The position numbers and the translations under genes were made by a program. From contig RSEE01000029.1 of the NCBI GenBank assembly GCA_003971905.1, positions 372,001 to 436,000 on the forward strand: a stretch of 64,000 nucleotides of DNA, read 5' to 3'. A model generated the notes under the pieces. It ran no database searches, was not told where the DNA came from, and was given only the letters and a program-made list of their open reading frames with translations. Position 1 is the stretch's first letter, and every line of letters starts with the position of its first letter. Below, piece by piece: positions 26,163 through 38,064 of this stretch. Origin of the DNA: Moniliella sp. 'wahieum' (lineage: Eukaryota).

Positions 26163-26754
26163 TTACTTTTTCTTGCCGGCAATGGCGCGGCCACGGCGAC
26201 CAGTGGTCTTGGTGTGCTGGCCACGCACACGGAGCTGGAGGTAGTGGCGGATACCGCGGTGGGCGCGGATCTTCTTCAACCGCTCAATGTCCTCGCGCAG
26301 GGCAGAGTCAATGTTGTTAGACACAAGCTGGGACGACTTGCCAGTCGTCACATCCCGCTGCCGGTTGAGGAACCAGTCCGGGATCTTGAACTCCTGCGGG
26401 TTGCAGAATGTTTACCACACGCTCCAACTCATCCGAGTTGAGCTCACCAGCACTGGTGCATCCACAAGGTCAGTAAAGCAGTTATATTGCAGGCACCGAA
26501 CCCACAAGGAACGGTAGCTGGGACGGAGGCGGAATGCACATCGCCTACGACACCCCTTCAATCAGAGCATCTGGACGTACCGCTTGTTCAGGTCAATGTC
26601 GGCCTTCTTGCACACCATGTTGGCAAACCGGCGGCCGACACCCCTTGATCTGGGTCAGGGCGTACATGATCTTGACCCTACCGTCGACATTGGTGTTGAG
26701 CAAACGCAGAATGTGCGCAAAGCTCTGCGAGGCGTCCATAGGAACAAGAGACAT
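26163..26754 (-). CDS. RPS18: 40S ribosomal protein S18 (uS13)
   Basis: [68 protein letters not shown]. Intron 26453-26580. Confidence 0.97.
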
Positions 26755-26763
26755 GATGGGCAA

Positions 26764-26834
26764 CTGCGTTTCAGTCAGCACTTTGCTTCCAGGACAGGGG
26801 AATGGTGAGCGAAAACGACTAGGACAAGACGTAC
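26764..26834 (-). promoter_or_regulatory. Probable 5'-UTR intron of RPS18
   Basis: Minus strand reads gtacgt..gctgac..cgcag and ends 9 nt upstream of the ATG. Confidence 0.7.
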
Positions 26835-27770
26835 AAGACTTGGTGAGGTGGGTGGGAACGGCACACACTACTGCGCCAGCACGCGTCCAAGCGGAGGGTG
26901 GCGGAAGGCGGAGACGGAGTAGGGTTGTAATAGGGTTCCGCAGCTTTTTTTCTTTTCATTGCGCAACCCTATGCCGCGTTCATTACCTACGGCCATTTCG
27001 TCGGCAATGCTATGCGTTGTAAATTATACATCCGACCCAGTACGCTTCTCCCACGCTCCTCCTCATGAGGGCCAACAAACGACGCCAATCGACTACATTG
27101 GAGAGCTGGACACCGTCGGCGTAACGTTGTGGGCAATTAAAAGTAGGAAGGGCTGGTGCTAGAGTGCGACTTGGGAGCACTCGCGATCCTATGGATCACT
27201 GCAAAGCATCTTCAGACAAGGCGTGAAGGCGAAGTGGTGACCACAAGTCTTCAAGCAACGTCTGAAGAGAAAGAGACAGGAGAGAGAGAGGGAGATGGAG
27301 CGAGCAGGGGGCGCGGCCTGCGAGCGGAACTCTTCCGCCCGGCGAAGATCGCCGATCAACTGAGGGCCGTGCAGGGGAACCCTAGCACTACCCTCCAGCA
27401 GCTGGGAGAGGGATCCCCCGCGTCTCAGCCACTTACAACACTATTTCGAAACGCGTCAAGAGTGGGATCTGCACGCGTCAGTCGGAACGGTGTCCTGCTA
27501 ACGGTAGTAGGTGGGTACGCTTCTTTTGGTGCTGTGCGCTGTATCCGGCGTGTCCAAGGGGGACAGTGGGTGCGCGACTGAATTTGAAATCGGGGTCAAG
27601 TATATGAACCTTTCATGAGTATTCCGTCGACGCGTTTCATTCCGCCCACCACCTTCGTAGCCATCGCCACAGCCCATCACCGCCCTCGTTTTTGACCAAC
27701 AACACGTTCGATGGTGGTGCTGGCCTACGATGCGGCGCTGGACGATGTGGCGGGCAACGCGTGGACAACC

Positions 27771-29084
27771 ATGAGCGACACGCCATTTTTTGTGCTGCTC
27801 CCCTTGCCGTGAATGGCGGGGTGAGGCTGTGAGCGCGGATGCCGAGCGGGTGCGAGCCCACTCAGACCGTGTGAGCTACTACTTCCCCAAGGGCGTCGGC
27901 CATTACCACTACGGCGAGCGACACCCAATGAAGCCGCTCGTCTGACGTTAACCAACCGGCTTGTTCTCGGATACGGCTTGCATACATACATGCATGGCTC
28001 TTCTCCCCATCCCCCGCCTCGCGGGAGGAGATGGAGGCCTTCCACGATCCGGATTACATTCAGTTTTGGCGACTGTTACGCCTTCCTCGCCACCCACCGC
28101 AGCTTTCACCCGGTTCAACTTTGCCGATGATTGCCCCGTGTTTGATGGCATGTACGAATTTTGCCGCTCCTATGCGGGCGCCTCGCTTGCCGCCGCACGC
28201 AAACTCAACACGGGCACGACTGACATTGCCATCAACTGGTCTGGGGGACTGCACCATGCCAAAAAGTCCGAGGCCAGTGGCTTTTGTTACATTAACGACA
28301 TTGTGCTGGCCATCATGGAGCTACTGCGTCATCACCCGCGCGTGCTCTACATTGACATTGATGTCCACCATGGGGATGGGGTCCAAGAAGCCTTTTACAA
28401 CTCGAATCGCGTTTTCACTGTAAGCTTTCACAAGTATGGCAACGACTTTTCCCATGCACCGGTGCGCTGCGCGAGACGGGGGTTGCGCTTGGCAAGCATT
28501 TCTGCATGAACGTTCCCCTTGCTGATGGGATCGACGATGCATCCTACGTTGCCCTTCAAGGCCATTATGGAACCGATTGTCAATACGTTTGATCCAGCCG
28601 CGATTGTGCTCCAGTGTGGCGCGGACTCGCTTGGGAACGACCGTTGGGCTGCTTCAACCTCTCGGTTGCAGCGCATGGGGAGTGCGTGCGCTTCGTCCGG
28701 CAGTTTGGGATCCCCTTGCTCACAGTGGGAGGGGGCGGGTACACGGTGCGCAACGTGGCGCGGTGCTGGACGTATGAGACGGCAGTGCTGCTCAACCACA
28801 GGTCCCTGACCACCTGCCACACAGAGTTTGATGCCTTCTTCCTCCCCTCCAAACGGTTGCATGAGCCACTGCGAGCACGGCCCAACGCGGGTGGGCAAGG
28901 CGGACGCCTGGAAAATCAGAACACCCGTGCTTCGCTCGAAAAGATCCGCGTGGCTTGTCTCGACAATCTGCGTTACCTTCACGCGCACCTTCGGTCCAAA
29001 TGCACGAGCTGCCCCCGGATCTGTTGGGCAGCTGGGTCGAGGAGGAACCTCAAACCGATCCGCGGGCGGACAAGTGAACAGTGA
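27771..29084 (+). CDS. HOS2: Class I histone deacetylase, Hos2/HDAC3-like
   Basis: [96 protein letters not shown]. Multiple frameshifts. Confidence 0.9.
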
Positions 29085-29819
29085 ACCGACTGAACCTGTT
29101 GTACTTTGTACTTATACCTCCTCTGTTTCATTCTGTATTGGCCATGGTGAACCATGCATCGGTCGTAGGTTTCATTCGCTACCGGTAGGCATCCTCAGCA
29201 CAGGGCGTGTCCACCCACCTTGCTCAAGGCGACGCGAAGCGCTTGGCGGCCACGCTTCCCCTTGTCCGCGCCAGCTACGCCACCCTCGGTAGCCATCTTG
29301 TAGTCGTCCTGACGTTGGAGGCGGGAACCAGCGCGCTAGAGAGGGCGGAAGAGCGACGCTAGAATGCGAAGCATATACTGGACGCAGATAGGAGAGAGGG
29401 AAGGACCGCTGGTTGTGGACGACCGATAGCCCGGTGCGTTGGCGGAGAGGCCGTATCATCTCAACCACTAAACACGAGGCATGACGCGTGACGCGTGATG
29501 AATTGTGCAAGAATCGATGATCGATGATCTGCAGTCGGCCAGATGGGCCTATTGCGGGTGGGCAGCTTGGGGGCAGTGTGGTGCTAGGGTTGGCTTTAAA
29601 GCCGCGCGAAGTGGAGCCAAGCGCTGGATGCCAGCATCAGATTAATCCGAACGCTGGATTGGGTTGGGTTAGGTTGGGTTGAGTTTGGGATGGGAGGTTT
29701 GAGAGCTGCTTCTCGCGCATACTTCTTGGCCTGGCCCTCCTCCACCTCCTCCACCACCCCACCACCTCCACCTCCTCCACCTCCACCTCCCCCACCTTCT
29801 CTGCCACCACCCCTTCACC

Positions 29820-30991
29820 ATGGTTGCCGACGTGTACATCCTCAGCGCTGCTCGCACGCCTGTTGGCTCTTTCAACGGTACTCTCAAGGACGTTCCGGCC
29901 ACCCAGCTCGGCTCGACTGCCCTCAAGGCCGCCGTTGAGCGCTCGGGGGTGCAGCCGGCCGACATTCAAGAGGTCGTGTTTGGCCATGTGCTGCAAGGCA
30001 GCGCAGGCCAAGCTCCCGCCCGTCAAGCTGCTATCGGCGCTGGTTTGCCCGTTACTACGGATGCCACCACGGTCAACAAGGTGTGTGCCGCCGGGCTGAA
30101 GGCGGTCGCGCTCGCTGCGCAGAGCATCCAACTGGGTCACGCTTCTCTCAACGCCGCGGGCGGCATGGAGTCCATGTCCAACGCGCCGTACTATGTCGCG
30201 CGTAATTCGACTGGTGGGTTTGGTCACACTTCGCTCCAAGATGCGTTGGTCAAGGATGGCTTGAGCGATGCCTACTCGCAAGAAGCGATGGGCATCTGTG
30301 CTGAGGAGACGGCGCGCAAGTACGACCTGTCGCGCGAGGCACAGGATGCGTATGCAATCGAATCTTACACGCGTGCCGCCAAGGCGTGGGCGGACAACCT
30401 GTTCAAAGATGAGATTGTGCCTGTGACGATCAAGGATCGGCGTGGAAACGAAACGGTGGTGGCTGAAGACGAGGAGTACAAAAAGGTCAAGATGGAGAAG
30501 ATCCCTTCGCTCCGCCCTGTGTTCAAGAAGGACGGCACCATCACCGCTGCCAACGCATCGACGATCAACGACGGTGCCTCGGCGCTGGTCTTGGCGGCAA
30601 AGGAGGAGGTGGAGAAGCGTAACCTGAAGCCCTTGGCGCGCATCGCTCTTACGCCGACGCTGCCGTCGAGCCCGTCGACTTCCCCATTGCGCCCGCCTCA
30701 GCCATCCCAATTGCCCTTCAGCGTGCGGGTCTGACCAAGGACGAAATTGCTCTGTGGGAGGTGAACGAGGCCTTCTCGGCTGTCGCCCTGGCCAACGCCA
30801 AGATTCTTGACTTGGACATGAGCAAGGTCAACACTAGGGGTGGTGGAGTGTCTCTCGGTCACCCGCTGGGCTCATCCGGATCCCGTATCCTCGTCACGCT
30901 CGCCCATGCGCTGAAGCCGGGCGAGTATGGTTTGGCGGCAGTGTGCAATGGCGGTGGTGGCGCGACGGCGATGATCATCCAGCGTCTGTAA
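29820..30991 (+). CDS. ERG10: Acetyl-CoA C-acetyltransferase (thiolase II)
   Basis: [69 protein letters not shown]. Frameshift near 30650. Confidence 0.95.
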
Positions 30992-32218
30992 ATGTGACTT
31001 CTGAATGTGGTCTTCTACGCATCCCTGCAATAATCCCAGTGTGCACATGCGCTTGACCAGTCCAATTGATTGACAGACCTTGATAGACCTCGATTATATC
31101 CCATCGCCCATCGCATATAAGGTGTACGGATGTTCTATGGCAATGCAGCAAAGGAAGACGAGAGAAAGGGAATGAATTGAATGCGGAAGGTCTGTAGAGA
31201 AAAAAACCAGTCAGAATGGCATGTTCATCTCGACCGGATGAAGGGATCAGAAGAGATCTTTGGCTTTGATCGTGCTAATCTTCATGGGACATTATCCGCC
31301 TGGGGCGGCAACAATGGTCATCCTGTGGTGAGGCAGAAGGCTGAAAACGTACAGTGCTCAACGACTAGTGACCGGTCGCTTGAACCTTGACCAAACCACA
31401 CAAGCCACCAAGAATCTGCAGAAACACACACACATACATGTCGGCGTGTGCGCCTGGACTAGGGGGATCATGGTCCGCCGCACCTCAAACGAGGGGCAGA
31501 CTGACCCACTAGGAGCGCGAAGCTCATTCACAGAAACACTGGCACGAGGCCCGGCCCAAGCTGGCACAATTGTTCTTGGAGACGGGAACGCGGTACTGGG
31601 ACGGAGGAAATGACCAGCACCGAACTTTTGAGTCTGGGGGGAGGGTTAGCGGGAGCCGGAGTATGGGCAGTGAGATCTGAGAGCCAGTTGGGTACGCACC
31701 TCCTTTGGATTTTTTGTTCGAGAAAAGAAGAAAGAGGTCGCCAGCCGAACCGCGCAAAATAAAGCCCACTGGTTCGTGGAGGGCGGAAAAAAACGGATTC
31801 CGCCCGTGGGCGGATCGCGTGATGAAAGTTTCGGCGCAGAGGGCACGCGCCCAAGGTAGGGAAGGAAGGATGGGTGAGCGTAGCTGGTGAGGCGGCATTC
31901 ACGAATACCAGACAGGAGAGCCGGAAGCTTGAAACTTGAAGGCAGGGTGGCATGTGCTTCACAATTTGGCATCTGATTTGAAAGTTGAACGTGAACGTGC
32001 AGCCGCAGACGGAGGCAGCCGCCCAGCGTCCCGCCAGCTGAGGCTCACTAGCACTAGTCACTCACCCTCAGCGTCTCTCAGCTCTCACGCGTCGCCCGCG
32101 TCACCGCCGGGCCCGGCCTCGGGGCCGGCACAGCCGTAGCCGTGTGCCCCGCCTGCATGCGCACTGGGCAGCCCGGCAGCCCCCCACCCCCCACCACCTC
32201 CTCCCTCGCTTGTGCATC

Positions 32219-33284
32219 ATGGTCAAAGCTGTCGTTGTTGGTGCCGCCGGCGGAATCGGCCAGCCGCTCTCGCTTCTGCTCAAGCAGTCTCCGCTCATCC
32301 ACGAGCTCGCCCTCTATGACGTGGTCAATGCGCCCGGCGTAGCGGCCGATGTGTCGCACATCAACACCCCCGCCCGCGTCACAGGCTACCTCCCCGCCGA
32401 CAATGGCCTGGACAAGGCGCTGTCCAACGCCGACCTGGTTATCATCCCGGCCGGTGTCCCCCGCAAGCCCGGCATGACCCGCGACGACCTCTTCAACGTC
32501 AATGCCAAGATCTGCGCTGGCATTGCTTCTTCCATTGCCGCCAACGCCCCCAAGGCGTTTGTGTTGGTCATCTCCAACCCGGTCAACTCGACGGTGCCCA
32601 TCTTTGCCGAGGTGCTCAAGCAGAAGGGTGTGTACGACCCTCGCCGCCTGTTCGGCGTCACCACCCTCGACGTGGTACGGGCCAGCACCTTTGTTGCTGA
32701 AGCGGCACACAAGCCGCTCGAGTCGCTCGGATGGAAGGTGCCCGTGATCGGAGGCCATTCGGGGCACACGATCGTGCCCCTGCTCAGCCAAAGCGAGCCG
32801 CGTGTGGTACGTCGTAACCGACCCAGCCCTCCTCCCCACCTAACCATCTTTTCTGTAAATTCTGCTGTGGCTGACGCAAAGTAGGCATTGGACCAGGAGA
32901 CCATCGCCCACCTTACCAACCGCATCCAATTCGGTGGTGATGAAGTGGTCAAGGCGAAGAATGGTGGCGGGAGCGCGACCCTCTCGATGGCCTATGCTGG
33001 TGCACGGTTTGCCATTTCCGTACTGGAGGCCGCAAGGCAAGACCCAGACCGAGTACAGCTACGTGGACCTGGCTGCCGACCCGGCAGGTGGGGCCGAAGT
33101 GAAAAAGCAACTGGCTTCCGAGCCTATCTTCTTCTCTGTTCCCGTTGTTCTGGGCCCCCGTGGCGTGGAGAAGGTCCTCCCCCTCCCGGCCGTGAGCGAA
33201 TACGAAAAAGAACTGATCAAGACTGCCGTCAAAGACCTGGGTGGGAACGTCGCCAAAGGCGTGCAGTTTGCTGCCAAGCTTTGA
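32219..33284 (+). CDS. MDH: NAD-dependent malate dehydrogenase with C-terminal PTS1 (AKL)
   Basis: [75 protein letters not shown]. No mitochondrial presequence. Intron 32807-32884. Ends AAKL*. Confidence 0.95.
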
Positions 33285-33783
33285 GCTGCTTGGAGCTGAT
33301 CCAATCCAAACGCTGTGACTCCAGTTATTCAAGTCTAATCTAAAGAATCATCTTAGATCTAAGGTCATTAATCCCCGCTACCAAGACCTACCTTTTTGTC
33401 CTTTTTCTTTACACCGGCCCAGTCGCCAGTGCAATGAACGGTGTTGTGTCCCTGTGTCTGGCTGATCTAATTGACGCATGTAGTTCCCGCCATGGAAGTA
33501 TCAATCCTCTTCGGTAGGGGAGGTGTCTGGACAGCCGAGGGCCCTCCGCGTTAAACCAAATCTCACCAATGCCCGCCCTGTATCTACCATGCATAACTTT
33601 AATTGGCCCCTTCGAGACCTGCCAGAGCCTACGCGGGGAATAAAGCGTCTCCATCCGAACGTGCTAGTATACCATTGGGTCTGAGGGTACGCATTCTTTC
33701 CTACTACTCTAAACCTAAGCCTTGGGTGTTGAAGATACAGGCCTGCATACGATCAAGTACGACAAACGAGTAGAGGATTGAAT

Positions 33784-35035
33784 TTAGAACTCTGCAGCTA
33801 GAACGTGGGCGGGTGGCGACTCCTGCTTGGTAAGGTCAATCGAGCGTTGGATCTCCTCCACCTCGTCGGGCCGGACTGGGTTGGGATCGACCGAGTGGGC
33901 CTCGGAGCGCAACCGATTGATCAAACGGATCCCATTGACTGCCTTGCGGAACGTCATCTTGCCATCAAACGCTCGTTTCATCCCGGGCATCAAATCTGCT
34001 TCTTGCGGTTCCGCGCCGGCCAACCAAGGGTGTTCCAACGCTTGCGCGGCCGTCATGCGCTTCCCTGGATCGACCACCAAGAGTTTCGCAATAAAGTCCT
34101 TGGCCGAGGGAGAGACACGGTCCCAGTACACACGCGGTTCAAACGCATAGTCAGCCCGCGTGATCGCCTTAACCTCCTCGGCCATCGAGTCACGATCAAA
34201 GGGCGTGTAACCCGAGAGGAGAAAGTAGGTGATCACCCCTACCGCCCACAAATCCACTGGCTTGTAGTGCCCCGTCTTGGTAAAGATCTCAGGTGCCATG
34301 TACCCGGGCGTACCACAGGTTGTGTTGAGCAGCGTCATCTTGCCATCGTCCACAATGCGTGACAGTCCAAAATCGGCAATAACCAGCTCGGCTTTTTCGC
34401 CCTTGTCCTTGAAGAGCAGATTCTCGGGTTTGAGGTCTAAGTAGAATGGAGAGAGACATGTTTAGGCGGTCAAGACAGTGTCAACAGCGCACAAAATGGG
34501 CGGATGAAGGGGACGTACCGCGGTGAATAACGCCGTTGGCGTGCAGGTACTTGACGGCATCTACGATGGTTCGTACGAGGTGGGCGGCATCCCTACAGGA
34601 TGCGGGAACGGGCAGTGAGAAGAGGGGATGGGGGGTCAGATTCGCTCTAGATAAAGCCAGAGGAATGGGTGGGTGCTGGGTACCAATCGAAACGTACTTT
34701 TCATAATACGATCCCCGTGCGCAAATCCGGTCAAACAGTTCCCCTCCCGTGCAGAGCTCAGTGACGACATAGAGGCTGTTGAGCGTCTCGAAATAGTCCA
34801 CCAACGTGACACAGTTGGGATGGCCTTGGGATACTTTCCTCATAGCCAAAATCTCGTTGCGGATCATCTGCTCACGTCCCCGCAGCAACTTTTTGGTAAT
34901 GATCTTGCAGGCAAACCGTTGGCCATCGACGATTCGTTGCGCCTCTTTGACTACGGCGTAGGTGCCACTGCCCAAGGTGCGGCCCGTCTTGTATGCACAC
35001 GGTACCGTTCGCACCTTCTTTTGGGTCGACGACAT
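33784..35035 (-). CDS. CMK1: Calcium/calmodulin-dependent protein kinase (CaMK1-like)
   Basis: LGSGTYAVV, FACK, GGELFDRI, HRDLKPEN (spliced), IADFGLS, CGTPGYMAPE, and a CaM-binding-like FRKAVNGIRLINRL. Introns 34593-34697 and 34437-34518. Confidence 0.93.
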
Positions 35036-37336
35036 GGCACAAAGGAAAGAAAGGTCAAGAGGAGGTGGTGGGGCAGGCAAAGGAAGTGAGGGAAGAAGCT
35101 ATCAGCGGTTCGGTTGGGGGAGGCCGAGGTTGGATTGCGTGGAGGAAGGAGATCCACAGCTCACACTACGCAGCCTGTGTCACTCTCCACTGCATAGCAA
35201 TGCCCTCAATCCGCCTTTCACTCTGTGTTCAATATTCACTAGCTCACTCTGTAACCCAACCTACTGACCCGACTCACCCCTCCGGCCCACGCGCCCACGC
35301 GTCACAACACGCACCCAGTGAGTGAGTACCTAGTAGATCCCAGTAACTGGGTTGCTCACAGCCTCAGGGTCTCAGGCCCTCCTCAGGTCTCGCCGTCACG
35401 CGTCCCTGGCCACCCCATTATGCACCACCCCCGCACAAGCCGAGCAGCTGGGCAAGCTGGAGGCCAGCTGGAGGCCGTTTGGGCAGTGCTAGCGACCTGT
35501 GGTTGCGCGAGCTTGATGCATGAGCGCCATGAGCGAAAGACCCTAACGAGCTAGTGACTACGAACCTCGGGAGCGAGCGCTGAGCTAGTGATATAGCTAG
35601 CTGGTGCTAGTGATCGAGTGATCGATGATGCTAGTGATCGACGTGGCGGTGGTCCGGTGATACCACTGGTTGCACCGCATTTGGCACTGCCCCCTTGGTG
35701 GCCACCGGTGATGGGGATCCGCACCGCCCTCGTACTCTGATTGGTTCGGTTTGGTCTGCAAATCCCTTCAAGCTTCACGCGTCACGCTTCAAGCTTCAAA
35801 ATCCATTTGCTCGCGAGCCAGGGTGGGCATCCCATAGTCCAATCGTAGGGTCGTCAACGCGCCAACGCGCCAACGAAGTACATGCAATATGCAACAGAGG
35901 AACAGCTTTGCAAGACCCCAACCCCCCAACAGACCCGTACTGAGCTACCGAGGACTCTCAAGCTTCTCAAGCCGTGTCCAATAATACGCCTGCCTAGCCC
36001 ATACTGGAAGCAAACGCAAAAGGTATTCAAGTTTAACCGGTTATCTAGGTTGTATAGTAGACCGTCAAAAGATATGCCCCCCTGGCGCCTATATACAGTC
36101 CCCTTGTCCTTCGCACATTGCCGTGCTATGCCATGTGTGCTGTTGGTCGAATGCCGCCACGTTCTGCGCCACCCCCTGGCCTTGCTTGCTCGGCCAGGCG
36201 CGTATGGGTGTGCGGTCGGGTCGAGAGGGGTATCGCAAAGGATAGGAAGACGGCACGGAAACTTTTCGCGTGAGAACTGCGCCATTTTGCTTGGTTAGAG
36301 TATGTGGACGCTCCGCACATGTCACACCTCAGTCGTGGAACGCAGCAAGCACAGGACGAGATAGCCGGCTCTCTGTTCCTCCTCCTCCTGGGCACCTGAG
36401 CTCGGGTTTTCTCCACGGTGGAACTCGACTGGTTGATGCATGGTGCCTGTCCATGATGATCTCGATGATCGTTCGGATTATCGATGAAGCTCTGTGATAC
36501 AAGTCAGGATGAAGCTTGAAGCTGCATCTTCATGCATCTCATGCATCATGCACATTGTGACACCAAATTCTAGTTTCCGACAGTCACTCTCTCCGACGTT
36601 GTAGACGTGTCATGCAGGTCATGCGTTCCTCTTGCTTGCATGAGCAGGGGGGGTCGCCCCGTCGTGCATCACCTTGTCGACGTTGGGCCTCCCTCCGGTT
36701 CTGCCCTGCGCTCTGCCAGCTCTGCCTGTTAGGCGGTACGGGCGACTCTGATAGAACAAACCTCTCATGTCCTCAAATGCTCATGCTTCTCACCTCTGGA
36801 TGCGATTCGTCCTAAGTCTACAGGGGAAGAGTCGGGTGAAAAGCATGCATTGGAACAATCTTCCACTCATCAGGCTCGAGGAGAAAGGCAAATGCACCCG
36901 GCAGAGAAAGGACGAGAATCAGATAGAATGCTTAAAGCGTATCGGCATCAACCGTTGCGACGCGGTTGGATCCGTGCTTGACTCTAATTGTTAATGGATC
37001 ATCATCTCGTCCTTCTCTGCGCGGGAGCAAAGCGTTCCATCGAGCGATCGAGGGAGGGGTTGAGCAACAAGCAAAACCAGAAGATGGATAATAGCGAGGA
37101 TCCGAATGCATTACTGGGGACATGTTGGTGGATTGGTGTGGTGGGGGGGTGGTTGGGGTTGGAGTGGTGGTGGTGGTGGTGGCCCAAAATGGTTTGAGGG
37201 TCGGACGGCTGAATAATAGGGCAGCACAAGAAAAAACCTGGGTGGAGGGTAATCGGTGCAATGCATTATTACCGCTGCAGCCGCCAATTCTTATGGATTC
37301 CGCCCAAATTGCGGCAGGTTCAGGCTGAACATTCAA

Positions 37337-37392
37337 TCAACGTTGAATTTTGAATGTTGAAGCTTGAAGCTTGAAGCTTGAAGCTTGAAGCT
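37337..37392. repeat. Eight-unit heptamer array ending in (TGAAGCT)5
   Basis: TCA ACGT TGA ATTT TGA ATGT followed by (TGA AGCT)5. Confidence 0.95.
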
Positions 37393-37631
37393 TACAGTTG
37401 GAACGCCCTTCGGAACGCAATACGGCTGTGTGCGCCTGCACCCCGTCAGACAGCAGCCACAACAGTAGAGAAGCAGCCGAGGGCGTATTATACGCGACGG
37501 AGCATTGAACTACGGGCCATACTTCATCATACCACTTGAGGACCACATGTTGTATTCTACCCTCCTAGTCGCGCATTGCGTACAGGATATCACTCTTCCT
37601 AAAAGCCAAGATGAGACGCACTCCCCCTGTA

Positions 37632-37819
37632 TGTCACAGCCGGGGCTAAGGCGAGAAGAGGAGACCAGAATCGGACTAGTAGCTAGGGCAAGGGGTGTAG
37701 CAATCGTTCGTGGGGAAGAAGAGAACAGAGGACGTCGTGCGAAGTGGAAGAAACAGGAAAGAGCGAGACGCTCGAGACGAAGAAATTGGAAATAGAAGCG
37801 AGATCAGCCAAACTACGAC
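37632..37819 (-). mobile_element. Dispersed repeat copy B, solo-LTR-like
   Basis: Reverse complement matches 9910-10087. Terminus TGTCACA at 37632. A TATATAA lies on the minus strand at 37861-37867, just upstream of the matched part. Confidence 0.8.
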
Positions 37820-38064
37820 ACTGCAACAGATAAGAAGGAAAAAAGGTCTAGAGACTAGGATTATATAGTCGCACAGCTCACAGAAGTAAGTATATACCAT
37901 TGAACGTAAGTCATTCACTCAACGTAAATATAGACCGCAACCACAGTACGAAGCTAGTTGGTCCAAAGTACGGAGTGCCCGTTACCGAAAAGATGATTGG
38001 CAAAAAGTGCCGTGCACTAGAAGTAGCGATCGACATGCAATCACGGGGGAAAAGATCATCGGCT

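Noticed and set aside
26453..26580. Possible intronic snoRNA in RPS18
   Set aside because: No convincing C box (RUGAUGA) or H/ACA architecture is visible.
29637..30710. Long antisense ORFs (357 aa here; also 45019-45951 and 32078-32839)
   Set aside because: These are shadows of GC3-rich sense genes.
35850..37300. Short ORFs upstream of CMK1
   Set aside because: No recognisable motifs or coding-like bias; may be eroded repeats.
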